From Amphiscolops sp. MND2022 (lineage: Eukaryota), in contig OZ076409.1 of NCBI GenBank assembly GCA_964187785.1, forward strand, positions 75,828,001 to 75,892,000: 64,000 nucleotides of DNA. Direction: 5' to 3'. A program made the translations under genes and the position numbers. Shown here piece by piece: positions 51,301 through 63,481 of this stretch (positions are counted from its first letter, which is position 1; each line of letters begins with the position of its first letter). The notes below the pieces were generated by a model. That model did no database searches. It saw only the letters and a program-made list of their open reading frames with translations, and was not told where the DNA came from.

Positions 51301-53844
51301 TATTCGTTCGAGTATGTGGCGCGTGTGGGTAGGGCCCCTGGCGCGCTCTTGTGTTTGGGGGTTTCCTACTTCTAAATCACGTTCAGATTTCCGGGATCTC
51401 GTAAACTATCCATACGATTTGGCTGAAATTTGGCACACGTACCCCCCTCGGCACGGTGAAGATGATTTCCTACTGACGTTTTTCCCGCTAAACATTTTTT
51501 GTTGACCAAAATAACGGTTTTTGGTGGAAAATTTTTGATTTTTTTTAAATTTTATCTTATATCTCGCCACGGGTCCACGCTAGCGCTTCCAAACCTCGCT
51601 GACGAAACCTCGCAAACTGTCTCAGGAATGCTGTGTGAAATTTTCAGCTCAATCGGACTTAAACTCGGGGAGATATAGCGTTTTTCCGGAGCGGGGGGGT
51701 TTCATTTTTCTAACGGTCCAGCTTATCTTTGCCATTTTTTCGAAAATGCACTCGCCTAAAGGCCTCCCCTGGCCGGTTTTACTCCCAAAAAAACCATTTG
51801 GCCCTAAATACGGAGTTTCAGCGTTCTAGCATTCCGGGGCGAAAAGTTGTGGTACTTAGTAAATTTCAAAAATTTTCAAAAATTTTTTTTTCGTTATTTG
51901 GGCCCCCAAAGTGGGGGAAAAGACCCCCCAACCAGTAATTTGAGTGAATTCATGTGGAAAGGCCATGTTTAGCGGCGAAAAATGCTTTTTAGATCGTCTT
52001 TTTATTTTAACCTGTTGTTGACTTATGTTGTTTTGAAGGTGATGTTTGGATGTGTGAAGCATGTGAAAAGGTAATTTTTTGTGTCTTTATCTCTTCTAAA
52101 AGCCATTGAGATGCAATCTGTTTTGCTCAAAACGTAATTCAATGCAATTTGGCAGTCAATGAACACAATTTGGTGTCTTTTGTTATATTTTTCTGTTGAT
52201 ATAATAAAAAATTTTGTGTCTTTATTAATTTTTTTTAAATAAAATAACTTGAAACAGTTGAGTACATTCCATCCCCCCCTTCCGGGGGAGATGGAAATGT
52301 ACTCGCTAAAAGCCGCGAACAAGAGCCCATACCTTCCTGCGCTACGCAGTATAAAGATTGCATGTTGGTTCCGACTTTTTGGTAGTGTTATATCTTGGTA
52401 ATTTGACTGAATATGGAGAAAAATCAGCAAGTGCTCTTTTATAGCAAATTGCTGACAACGACAATTTTTTTATATCAACGCCCCCATATTTATCAACGCC
52501 CCCCGTCCGTGGGCATGCCGAGGCATGCCCTTCGACGACGTATACCAAGATATACTCCCGAGCGCGGTAGCCGCTAGGTGCCGGGATTTCCATTCGATAA
52601 GGAATTCTGCGCGTGTGGGTAGGGCCCCTGGCGCGCTCCTGTGTTTTGGGTTTTCCTACTCTAAATTCACACATCAGTTATCTCGGATCTCGAAAACTAG
52701 CCACACGATTTGGCTGAAATTTGGCACACAGCTCCGTTGGAACATTGTAAGAACAAATCCCTACTGACGTTTTGCCCGCTAAACATTTTTTGTTGGTCAA
52801 AAATGCGATTTTCCGACAAAATTTTTGACTTTTTTTTCTTTTTCAACTCATATCTCGCCACAGGGTCACGCTAGCGCTTTGCAACCTATGATCCTTTTTT
52901 GTAGGGCATTGCATGTAGAACACGTATGCCAAATTTGGTGGCGATCGGACTTGAACTCGAGGAGATATAATGATTTTTTAGGTGCATTTTTTGACATTTT
53001 TTGCATTTGCTGATTTATCTTTGCCGTTTTTTGCCCAGATTTTTTTTGAGACACTCTCCTAAAGACCTCCCCTGGCCGGTTTACCTCCCAGCAAAACCAT
53101 TTGGCCCTAAATACGAAGTTTCAGCGTTCTAGCATTCCCGGGCGAAAAGTTGTGGGACTTAGAATAATTTTTTGGAAACGCAAAATGTGTAAAGTGAACT
53201 TCAGGCCTCCCAAAGTCAAGAAACTTCCACACAACTAGGATTGCAAGTGGATGCATGTGGAAAGTACTGGGATAGACGAGAAAAATGAGCTATAGAACGA
53301 CTCTGTAGCTTAACCTGACGTTGACTTATGATGTTTTGAGTGTGTGCTTGCTAAGGGGTCCGAAATTGAAAATTTTTAAAGAAAATTAATATCGTTAAAA
53401 ATTCATCGGAATGCCTGCAATATACAGTAGAGCGTGTTCAATTGTAGCTGACTAATGCATCAACGCTGTTCAAGGTCTTTTAACTCAGTTTAAAAATTTT
53501 TTACTTTGTATTATCCATCCGAGAGATCGAAACAGTTGAGTACATTCCATCTCCCTCCCGGGGGAGATGAGAATGTACTCGCTAAAGAACATGTACTACA
53601 GCCAATTTTTGTTTTTATGCGAGGTCATTCTATGCTATTGCACACGAACACTTTAGTTTTGACAAACATATGTGTTTACATGCTGAATCTTACCTTACCT
53701 TTACTTTACGTTTTTGTACATACTACTACAACAACTCACCCCTAACGTCAACGTCCCATACTTTAAATCAACGCCCACCGTCCGTGGGCATGCCGAGGCA
53801 TGCCCTTCGACGACGTATGCCCTCTCAAAGGCGGTAGCCGCTAG
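23338..53844 (+). repeat. Head-to-tail array of 24 non-autonomous Helitron-like units
   Basis: Junction CTRG ends at 24396 (CTGG), 25683, 26952, 28240, 29528, 30845, 32111, 33383, 34652, 35923, 37195, 38464, 39752, 41034, 42313, 43595, 44862, 46142, 47412, 48728, 50001, 51287, 52577 and 53844. Unit lengths are 1266-1317 bp except the first (1059 bp). The conserved blocks match the left array. Confidence 0.9.
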
Positions 53845-55704
53845 GTGCCGGGATTTCTATTCGTTCAAGGATGTTGCGCGTGTGGGTAGGGCCCCTGGCG
53901 CGCTCTTTTATTTCGGGTACACCTACTCCAAATTCACGATGTGATTTCGACGATCTCGTAAACTAGCCACACGATTTGGCTGAAATTTGGCACACAGCTC
54001 CGTTGGAACATTGTAAGAACAAATCCCTACTGACGTTTTGCCCGCTAAACATTTTTTGTTGGTCAAAAATGCGATTTTCCGACAAAATTTTTGACTTTTT
54101 TTTCTTTTTCAACTCATATCTCGCCACAGGGTTACGCTAGCGCTTTGCAACCTATGATCCTTTTTTGTAGGGCAATGCATGTAGAACACGTATGCCAAAT
54201 TTGGTGGCGATCGGACTTAAACTCAGGGAGATATAACGATTTTTTAGGTGCATTTTTTGACATTTTTTGCTTTTGCTGATTTATCTTTGCCGTTTTTTGC
54301 CCAGATTTTTTTTGAGACACTCTCCTAAAGACCTCCCCTGGCCGGTTTACCTCCCAGCAAAACCATTTGGCCCTAAATACGAAGTTTCAGCGTTCTAGCA
54401 TTCCCGGGCGAAAAGTTGTGGGACTTAGAATAATTTTTTGGAAACGCAAAATGTGTAAAGTCAACTTCAGGCCTCCCAAAGTCAGGGAACTTCCACACAA
54501 CTAGGATTGCAAGTGGATGCATGTGGAAAGTACTGGGATAGACGAGAAAAATGAGCTATAGAACGACTCTGTAGCTTAACTTGACGTTGACTTATGACAA
54601 TTTTAGTGTGAGCTTGCTAAGGGGTCCGAAAGTCAAAAATTGAAAATTGAGTTATTCCAAAGCAAATACTCCTTTATATAGGCTAACTAGGTATCAGTAA
54701 CGTGAAACACGGTTGTATGGAGCGATTATTATCATAGGCGATACGGTTCGTTCAAAAAAATGTCCAAAAATTTTTTCTCTTTTTTCGTAGGTTTTTTGTC
54801 TAGGATTTTTTTCTTTGGTTTTTTCCTTAGGTTATAGGTGTAGGTTATAGATTAGGCTTTTTCTAAGGTCCTGTTTTGCTTTCCCTGTTCACTGCATAGT
54901 TTGTTTTTAGTGGCAGAAGAAGACGACGACGACCAAGCATACGAGTTTTTCTTTTTTTTTCCTTGGGTTTTCTTCGGGTTAATGGCTATCCCGAAACCAG
55001 GTGCTCCTGCTCGAGGGCTTCTCGGGCGCTGGTTTCGTGTATGGGGCTTTCCCCCCCCAGTAGGTAACCTCTGCCCAAATTTTCAAACGTCCCTCGTAAT
55101 TCGCATTTTGCCGGTGTCTTTTTTTTACGGGCGTTTCGTCGAAAAAGATAGAATTTTTCTCGGAACCGGCAAAATCGGAAAATCAATCACAAAATAAACG
55201 ACGTCGAGAAATCAATCAGACTTAACGGCGTCCAGTTGCTACAAAGAAGAAGTACAGATTAACCATGCTTCAGTTTCAGGTGCCAATCAATCAAGCTCAA
55301 GATGTCTTTTTTTGTAACTTATTAAATAGTCCATAAAATTATGGAAATTAGGAAAATTTTCAAAGGTTGGTTTTTTTTTTGAAATTTAATGCAATTTATT
55401 AACATATGTGCCAAAGCTTTTGAAAGCATTAGGAGAAATCAATATAAAGTAAACCAATATGCAGTTTAACTGTTCTAACTTCCTTCAGTTTTAGTTCACA
55501 GATGAAGATTCGCCGTAGCGATACGTAACGTTTTTTATCTAAATCGAATTTGCGGAGACTCAATCTGCCTATCGTTCGCACGGTCGTTATTGAGCATAAA
55601 TTACGCTCATTGAAAAAGTGCGTGATCAGCGTCGTTCAATTTTTACGTGTAATTATCATAGGTGCCCATATGTTAAATTGTAAGAATAGAGGTAATGGGT
55701 TTTC

Positions 55705-55809
55705 AAAATCCGGCTCATCAGAAGTTAGCTTGCGGCGTTATGCTGAAGGCCCTTCTGATGATGCTATGTCCCCCCTTTTTTAGTGGGTAACCTATGCCCA
55801 AATTTTTTT
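55705..55809 (+). ncRNA. Candidate structured RNA or regulatory core, element 2 copy
   Basis: Same sequence as 12436-12540, although the two elements' proteins are clearly diverged. Confidence 0.4.
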
Positions 55810-56428
55810 CCAGCAATTTTTCCCAGCATTTTTGTTTTTTGTGAGTCTTAACCAAAATAATTTCTGATACATATTTTTGATTAAATATTACTTCTTAAAG
55901 TAGTTTTTCATTGAATGGTTTTAATACAATCAGAATTGTTTTTCCTTGTAAAGTTTTTTTGTAATATGAGTTTGTAACTGATGTACATGAGAATGAATTC
56001 CACCAATAAAAGACTCGAAACCTCTTGTACTGTATGTTTGATGTATGTTTATTTTATACTGAGAGTCAAGTAGGACATTACGTCTCTCGATCAAATCATA
56101 GATTTTCTTCGCTCTTTTATTTCGTTAATTGCTATTTTCCAAGTGGAACCGCTTCACACATTTGATTTTGCAAAGAAACATTGAACAAAGGTATTGTTTT
56201 AGCATATTTAGAATCAAAATTGAATTTTTCACGTTTGAAAGATTATAAGATTTACAAGTTCTCTGATTTTATCCATCGTCTAAAACTTGATTGACTCGAT
56301 TTTGGTAATTGTTCCAGTGGCGCTTCAACTATTAATTCGATTTCATTAGCCAATTCGGTTGATCCGTATCAAATTTTAGTCCCAATGAGATACTGAAATG
56401 TTCAATTTCGTTTCATATTTTCAGGGAT

Positions 56429-59400
56429 ATGCCTCCAAGGAGAAATCGGAGTGTTAGAAACAAGTGCTCCCGGTGCCGTGTGTTTATCCCTCAGTCTTCG
56501 ACTTTGTGTGCCAGTTGTGCATCTTCCTCCGCCGAGGTAACTCATGACAACGAAGACAGCAGCAGTGTTTCTATACCCAACGAAGACAACCCTCGGAACA
56601 TAGTTTACCCTCCTCGTTGTACATTATGTGGATTACATGAACAGTCACAAGGCCAACTTTGTTGTTTTTGCTGTCCTGTTACTTTACCCGTTTGTACAGA
56701 TGCAGAATGTCAAAAGTGCCGAAGAATTACCTGTTCATCACTGAATTCAATTTCTATGGCAGATGTAAAGCAGACCGCGTTTGGTTGCCGATTACCGGGA
56801 GAAACATCTGATTTTGCAAGACTGTGCAACGAGTGTACTCATTACGCAACACATGGCTTCCGATCGCCATGGAGGAATATTTGGCCATGCGTCGTTTTAG
56901 ATTTCCTCAGTGGTGAATATAATGGAATTGCTGATGGAAAACCATTCCATAAAGTGTTGCCTACTTCTATTTTGGAACAATATCAACATCTGTTGCAGTT
57001 TAACACTGATGAAAAAGAGACTGTTTTTGCTGACCTGACACACAAACTGCTGGAATTCAAAAGTTTAAAACAAAACCTCAACATTGAAGGAGTGCAGAAA
57101 GCCCATAACAAGTACAGTTTTCCAGAAGTTCGCTGTCCTTTTGGTTGTACTGAGTTCGTTGGCGACACGGGATTAATACCCTTGCAATACTTTCTTCTGA
57201 CGTTAGACAAAAACTTTGCTTTTAACGGAATGAAGTGGAAAAGGCGATTACGTTGTGTTCGACCAGATTGGTTGACCCCATACAATCACAATGATGCCTT
57301 CAACGTAAGACCACACATTGTTGTCGACGAGAAACAAGGACTGTGTCTTGCAACCTGTAAATTCCACAACGGGGGATCGCACCAGTTTTTCGTCCATCCA
57401 CCTACAAATCCCACTGGCAGATTACCCTCGAAAAATGCAGATCGTCTTGGTCCAGCTACAGTTAGTTATAACTGCTACAAACCAAGCAAGCCCAATTTTT
57501 CCACTCACACCTTTTCAATGGGTGTGGCTAAGGGTAATTTCTCCGGAATTAGTTCGACCACAATTGCCTGTAAGCGAAGGTGGGATATCGCATTTGGTGA
57601 AGATGACGTCGTAAGAGAGTCTCTTTGTTCAAACAAACGACAGGATATAAAACCGCTGTTACAAAAACTTGTGCACAAAGGAGAGTTATCACAGAATCTC
57701 TTTGATAGCATTACATCAATTGAAGGTTTGCCTGACGATCAAACAATTCTGGAATGTTTGAAGACTGCTACATCCGTCCCTTTGGAGTTAGCTCTTGCAT
57801 TAAAGAAAATTCAAGAAGAAGGATTAAATGTAAACTATTTTCCGGTATTCTCCCATCCTTTCACAAAATACGGATGTGATCCACCTGACACAGTTGTAAA
57901 CCAGTCAATGCCGAAATATTTATGGATTTATGCTGTAATGTTTGCTTTGAGTTGCAACTTCCATTTGTCTCTTTTGAAATTCATTTCAACAGATAGTGCC
58001 TTCAAAAATGTGTTCCATTTTATGCTGATTAATGATGGTAGACTGGCTGATAAAAAGAAACGAGAACTTGCAGAGTTCCTTCAACGTTATTCACAAGATC
58101 CTAGTTATGACATGGTTGACAGTTTGGAACAATTGCTAACAAACATATCTTTCGTCAAACACTTCAATGTAACTGACAGAGAAAGTGTTGAATCAAATTT
58201 GAAATCTCTGACCGATGACAAAATTGTAACTTTCATTACCAATGCAAGGAGAAGAGACGATGGTTACTTGCCGGATAGAGTGGTAACTACGAATGGGTCA
58301 ACATCATACGAACTACGATCAATTGCTGTCACTGAGGGCGGTAACGTAAAAACACTCGTTAGACATGGTAATGAATATAATTGTTGGTGGATATACTCTA
58401 CAGCTCATGAGACTCCATCAAAAATGGGTCTTGAAGATCTGGTGGAGATGAACAAATTTCATTCTAGTTGGTTGTCCTGCCATTACGAGATCATTGGTTC
58501 AGTTGACATGCAGAGAGAAAAATACCAGTACTTGGAATATTTAGGAGGCCAAGGACGATTCATTTGTGACGATCATCATGTCCCTCTTACAGTAGCCAGA
58601 AAAAATACTCCGACTCTTTGTTCGTTCAGTACCAGCTGTCAGCGAAAACCCGCTTGGAATTGCCCGTCGGAGAACTGCTTGTCGTCAGTCTGCCGTACTC
58701 ATTTCGCACAACACCAGCTTAGCAATGAACGTTTCTTTGTCAAATGCCCCACTTCAAATTGTGACGTTGTTCCTCCACATTCTGCTGAATGTTGTGATGA
58801 TGATGTAGTTGTTTCTGAACCCGAATCAGACTACGATGAATTTTCTTTTACAAATTTCACAACCGACACTGGTCATGTTGAAAATATGACAAATTGTTGT
58901 GCTACTGATTCTGGAGACATGCCGTCAGTCGTTGACAGTGTTGACACATCAATTCCTGCCCATATTTTGCTAAACACTGATTGTCATGTACTAGAAAGGA
59001 AGAACTACAGAATTGACCGTTCCAAAACAAGTTCTCGATTTTTACAAAACATTGTCGCAAGATCATCTGGTAACTCCATCCCTCTCATTTACCCTGACGC
59101 AGCACTCTTCCCTACACATTATTATCATGAACAGACGGACAATACTATTACTGGCGCTGTTCCGGCTCCTCTCTTTTGTGATAAACAGAGCAAACACTTT
59201 CTCTTTGCAAGCATTGAGGATCATAAGCGATCAGCTGTTCTGAACCCAAATCTTTTGCAATCAACCGACGTTAGAAGTATTCAGACATCTTTCGACACCG
59301 TGCTGAATAAACGTCTCACTTTTTCCGATACACGTTTGGTTCTCAATCGAGGATTCCAAGAAGTGACTGTGAAGACTTCCAAATCAATAACTCCAACTAA

Positions 59401-62400
59401 TCCAAAACTTCAATTTGATCATGCTGATTCTAGAGTACGCGTAAATGAATTGGCCGCATTGTTGTCTAAAGAACCTGCTACATTTTTTCTGACACTCACT
59501 TGTAACCAGAAATATCACTTTGGGGTAGCACCAATTTTTGAAGCTATTGAAAATCGATTCAACAGAAATAATAAACGAGAGTACGAGAGAGCAGTTCAAG
59601 CTGAGATGGTGCTACTAACAAGAGCTTGGTATAGATCAGCTGAAGCTTTAATGGAATGGATCGAAAAATCTCCCGACCAACCACTTGGAACTGTCACCAA
59701 AATTTGGTATCGCTATGAGTTCCAGTCTACCAAAGGGAACTTACCGCACATTCATTGCGTCATATGGACAAAAGAAAGCAAAGCTGAATTACAACACAAG
59801 GTTTCATGCTCTGGATCATCAGCTTTATTCGAATTGAAAAAAATAGCAGCTGAAACAAATGTAATTAATAGTGATCAAGTTTTCGATTTGTGGACTCAAC
59901 TGATGACAATCCAAACTCACTCCTGCGAAAAGGCAAACTATCGCTGTCACAAAATTGTCAAAGACGACGGGTCAACAATATGCAGAGTTCCCCGTTACCC
60001 GCATTCAAACCGATATTCCTGGAGAAAAGTCCCATCAAGCCATTCGGAAGAAGCATTGCAAGTTCTTCATTACCTTGACTTGGCCACACCCTCGAAGTCT
60101 CATGACGATACCTTCGAAGTTTCAGAGAGTCTTCAAGGAGGCAAATTCGAATACCCAGTTTCAAGTGACGAGCACCTTTCCCCTTTTAACCCACTTGTTT
60201 TCATCATTACGATGTCTTCGCAAAACCTTCAATTGTGTGACGAATACTTATCTGCAAGGTATATTGCAAAATATGCAGCAGGGATCGAAGAACGAGCTGA
60301 TGCACGTGTTGATCCGGTTTCCTTCAATGAAATTAGAATTCACACTAAAGGAATTAATAATTCGAAAATTTCCAGTTGCCGTATCAAAGAAAAAAGTACA
60401 GATAGAAAAACAATTGTTCAGATAATTCCTCTCGTTGAAACTGTTTGGTGGTTATTGAGTTTCAAATATGTTCACAGTTCTGTTTCCTTCGTTCATTTAT
60501 CGACTCTTGAAAAGTCAGAACGAACGTCTTTCATCACACCCAGAAAAAATACAAACCCAACCCAGCCGTTACCTTTACATGTTACAAAAAGTTTCACTTT
60601 ACCACTGTCGCGCCAATTCACCCAATCACAGTTGTTGGTTTTAAAAGATTCTATGACAAGTGAGCATTCTAACTGCAAAATGACAGTTTTTAGCGGTAGG
60701 CCACCAGCGCTTTTGTGTGTTGATAACCCTCAACTGTATTTCACTTGGTTCAACAGACTTAATATTCGGCATCCCCAGGATACATTGAATCATGATGTTA
60801 ACAATTCAAAATGGATAGACCTTTTCGGACGTGCTGTACACTTGAGACGTTGCTATCTTGATGACTTTTCCACTTATGTCAACAATCTCAGAAGAGAGGG
60901 ACATATCAACTTGTACCGATTCGATGAAGATACATCGATTTTGTTTCTACAAAACGACTGTTTGGGATTGAAAACAATAGACGATTTTCCAGTTCAAGTT
61001 GTGACATCAAACATTGTGCCAAATAATCGTCGAAAATTTTTGGTGCACTTTGTTCTATCTAACGGGAAGTTTGAGACAGAACCAGATCTATTCAATCATC
61101 CTAGCATGATGGAGGTTTTCATCAACTGCAAGTTACTGCCATCAAAAAGTTCTTATACACAACAAGATGCCTGTGATTTAGTGAAATTTTACGTTTTGTC
61201 GGAACTCAAATACCTTCCTGGAGCAAGCAGATCGTTCGATCGTCATTTGTTATGTTGTTACGACTTGATGACCAATCTTGTTCTTCATAACCAGATTCAT
61301 TCCGAAGCTTTGCCCTCAACTCTTCATTCAGAAATAACCGAAAACGCTGAAATTGATTACATCCTCCACAGTAACGAAAAACGAGAGCGAAGTGTTCAAG
61401 GTTGCCTCTTAAATCCAGCTTTGATGCCATTGCAACCACACAAAGATTCTTTCGTCGCAGCCACCCGCAGTAACCCGTTTGTGTACAGTTTTCCGTTTCC
61501 TCGAGCTCCCGGACAGTCGGACGAATCAAACACTTTTCAACAACGTGTGTTCAACGGGTGCATTCAGAAATTGACTAACTTTATTGAAACAAAAGACGGT
61601 TTCGTAAAACATCAATTGTTTTTGGGGCGTCCGGGAAGCGGCAAAACACTCATCTGCACAATGATATATCTGGAAGCTGTGGCGAAAGGTCTCAATTGTG
61701 CAGTAACTTGTCTAAGTGGAGAGCGAGCCCAACAACTCGGTGGCGAACATGTCCACAAACTATTCAAGTTCAGAGTAAACAAAATACAGAATCCCGAAAT
61801 AATGGCTTCCCAGAGTTTGAAAAGTCTTCTCAAGGATGTCACAAGGTTCACTGAGCTGGAACGCCTTGACGTACTTTTTATTGATGAAGTGGGCCAGCTG
61901 AATTCTGAATTGATGATAGCTATGGAAATTGTTCTACAATCTGTACGAGAAAACAAACTGCCAATGGGAGGAATCTTCACAATCCTAACAGGAGATCCGA
62001 AGCAATTGCGCCCTCCACAAGGATCATTGACATGGTTGTCACCGAAGATGCTGACAAATTTTGATTTCCACTACTTTAAACACTATGTTCGAGCAAAGCC
62101 TGGATTGTTGCGACAGATACTGACTAAATTAGATGAACTTGATATCAGCCCAATCGAAGCATCAAATATTGCAAAGGAAATTGTAGCCAATTGTAATATC
62201 CATTCAACTTGGGACAATGTTGGTGACAACTTTGACATGCGTGTTTTCAGCACACGAGCCGCTGAAAAACAGGCTGTTACACATCATTTTGAAAAAATTC
62301 TGGCTGACCAAAGTTGTGTAAATGTTGTGTTAACTGCTAATGATGAAGTGAGTTCTACTGGTGCATCAATTTGGCGTCCGGCAGGTGACATTGAACAAAA

Positions 62401-63412
62401 AATCATCGATTCCACATCCATCACTCCCCGACAACTGCTCTTGTATAAGAAAGCGCTTCTCAGATTTACAGCCAACCTCCCCAACATTCAGGCTAGGCAA
62501 GGCCAATTGTGCCTAATTTTGGAAATACCAACCGAAACAGCATCTTCTCTGGACGTTTGGATTGCACCACCAGGTTGCCGGACCGTCACAAATTTCGACG
62601 AAAATAACCTCATTACATCTGGTTGGCGCAAAGTCTCTATTTCAAAAGTGTTTACACCTATAATGACTAACAACAACAAATTCCTAAGGAGATACTCTTT
62701 CCCTCTCAAGAACTATGTGGCATCCACTATTCACAAATGCATTGGTGACACGTTCCCAAAGATTGTTACCAAAGTTTCACTTACGGACAAACATTACAAA
62801 ATTTGGGAAAAAGAGCAACTTCTTGTGTTGTTGAGTAGAGTCAGTAAGCTCGACGACATAACGTTCGTAGGTGAAGAACACGAAATAGAATTAACTTTAA
62901 CTGCTGCCATTCAGCAAAAGTCCTGCTGGGGAACTTTCATCAATAACCTTCTGGAAAAATTGGCCTGTACTCCCTCTGACCTGACGCCGCCAACACTCAA
63001 CCTCCTTTCTTCAAATATTGTACCTTGGAACATTGTCTTACCCGAAGACAATGTAGGCTTTGTGTATCTTCTGGTAAGCACGAAGATTCCGAATGTTTAT
63101 TTCATTGGAGAGGCTCTGGAAATTCGGCGAGAATTGAAAGTTATCAACTCTGGAAATGGCGCATCCGAAACACGCCCAATCGAACGAAGGCCATGGGCAA
63201 TCTTAGCATTTGCAACAGGTTTCAACACCGAAGATTCTTCCAGCAACAATACGCAAAGAAAATCGCTTGTATCGAAGATGAGAACGCAATTTACTTCCCT
63301 TGGATTAAACTTCACCACCGTGGAATTGTTTGAAACGTTCAAAGAATCAACGAGAACATATGCTGACGAACGTGATCTAAATTTGAGAGTTATCCAGTGT
63401 GGCAGTGTTTAG
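56429..63412 (+). CDS. Helitron-like Rep-helicase, diverged paralog (2327 aa) with the same domain order
   Basis: Uninterrupted ORF, colinear with the 13800-20819 protein. Motifs FFLTLTCN, EFQSTKGNLPHIH, YIAKY, GRPGSGKT, FIDEVGQL, GDPKQLRPP, STIHKCIGDT and GFVYLLVS..YFIGE..RPW are all present. Confidence 0.9.
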   Translation: MPPRRNRSVRNKCSRCRVFIPQSSTLCASCASSSAEVTHDNEDSSSVSIPNEDNPRNIVYPPRCTLCGLHEQSQGQLCCFCCPVTLPVCTDAECQKCRRITCSSLNSISMADVKQTAFGCRLPGETSDFARLCNECTHYATHGFRSPWRNIWPCVVLDFLSGEYNGIADGKPFHKVLPTSILEQYQHLLQFNTDEKETVFADLTHKLLEFKSLKQNLNIEGVQKAHNKYSFPEVRCPFGCTEFVGDTGLIPLQYFLLTLDKNFAFNGMKWKRRLRCVRPDWLTPYNHNDAFNVRPHIVVDEKQGLCLATCKFHNGGSHQFFVHPPTNPTGRLPSKNADRLGPATVSYNCYKPSKPNFSTHTFSMGVAKGNFSGISSTTIACKRRWDIAFGEDDVVRESLCSNKRQDIKPLLQKLVHKGELSQNLFDSITSIEGLPDDQTILECLKTATSVPLELALALKKIQEEGLNVNYFPVFSHPFTKYGCDPPDTVVNQSMPKYLWIYAVMFALSCNFHLSLLKFISTDSAFKNVFHFMLINDGRLADKKKRELAEFLQRYSQDPSYDMVDSLEQLLTNISFVKHFNVTDRESVESNLKSLTDDKIVTFITNARRRDDGYLPDRVVTTNGSTSYELRSIAVTEGGNVKTLVRHGNEYNCWWIYSTAHETPSKMGLEDLVEMNKFHSSWLSCHYEIIGSVDMQREKYQYLEYLGGQGRFICDDHHVPLTVARKNTPTLCSFSTSCQRKPAWNCPSENCLSSVCRTHFAQHQLSNERFFVKCPTSNCDVVPPHSAECCDDDVVVSEPESDYDEFSFTNFTTDTGHVENMTNCCATDSGDMPSVVDSVDTSIPAHILLNTDCHVLERKNYRIDRSKTSSRFLQNIVARSSGNSIPLIYPDAALFPTHYYHEQTDNTITGAVPAPLFCDKQSKHFLFASIEDHKRSAVLNPNLLQSTDVRSIQTSFDTVLNKRLTFSDTRLVLNRGFQEVTVKTSKSITPTNPKLQFDHADSRVRVNELAALLSKEPATFFLTLTCNQKYHFGVAPIFEAIENRFNRNNKREYERAVQAEMVLLTRAWYRSAEALMEWIEKSPDQPLGTVTKIWYRYEFQSTKGNLPHIHCVIWTKESKAELQHKVSCSGSSALFELKKIAAETNVINSDQVFDLWTQLMTIQTHSCEKANYRCHKIVKDDGSTICRVPRYPHSNRYSWRKVPSSHSEEALQVLHYLDLATPSKSHDDTFEVSESLQGGKFEYPVSSDEHLSPFNPLVFIITMSSQNLQLCDEYLSARYIAKYAAGIEERADARVDPVSFNEIRIHTKGINNSKISSCRIKEKSTDRKTIVQIIPLVETVWWLLSFKYVHSSVSFVHLSTLEKSERTSFITPRKNTNPTQPLPLHVTKSFTLPLSRQFTQSQLLVLKDSMTSEHSNCKMTVFSGRPPALLCVDNPQLYFTWFNRLNIRHPQDTLNHDVNNSKWIDLFGRAVHLRRCYLDDFSTYVNNLRREGHINLYRFDEDTSILFLQNDCLGLKTIDDFPVQVVTSNIVPNNRRKFLVHFVLSNGKFETEPDLFNHPSMMEVFINCKLLPSKSSYTQQDACDLVKFYVLSELKYLPGASRSFDRHLLCCYDLMTNLVLHNQIHSEALPSTLHSEITENAEIDYILHSNEKRERSVQGCLLNPALMPLQPHKDSFVAATRSNPFVYSFPFPRAPGQSDESNTFQQRVFNGCIQKLTNFIETKDGFVKHQLFLGRPGSGKTLICTMIYLEAVAKGLNCAVTCLSGERAQQLGGEHVHKLFKFRVNKIQNPEIMASQSLKSLLKDVTRFTELERLDVLFIDEVGQLNSELMIAMEIVLQSVRENKLPMGGIFTILTGDPKQLRPPQGSLTWLSPKMLTNFDFHYFKHYVRAKPGLLRQILTKLDELDISPIEASNIAKEIVANCNIHSTWDNVGDNFDMRVFSTRAAEKQAVTHHFEKILADQSCVNVVLTANDEVSSTGASIWRPAGDIEQKIIDSTSITPRQLLLYKKALLRFTANLPNIQARQGQLCLILEIPTETASSLDVWIAPPGCRTVTNFDENNLITSGWRKVSISKVFTPIMTNNNKFLRRYSFPLKNYVASTIHKCIGDTFPKIVTKVSLTDKHYKIWEKEQLLVLLSRVSKLDDITFVGEEHEIELTLTAAIQQKSCWGTFINNLLEKLACTPSDLTPPTLNLLSSNIVPWNIVLPEDNVGFVYLLVSTKIPNVYFIGEALEIRRELKVINSGNGASETRPIERRPWAILAFATGFNTEDSSSNNTQRKSLVSKMRTQFTSLGLNFTTVELFETFKESTRTYADERDLNLRVIQCGSV

Positions 63413-63481
63413 TTCATTTGGGTTTACAAATATTACACTGTAGAAGTCTCTGAGAATGGACGATAGATGAAGCATGTGAGG

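Noticed and set aside
55550..55783. 77 aa ORF across the conserved core
   Set aside because: It starts at TTG and the frame is not kept open in the two element 1 copies. The conservation fits base pairing better than coding.
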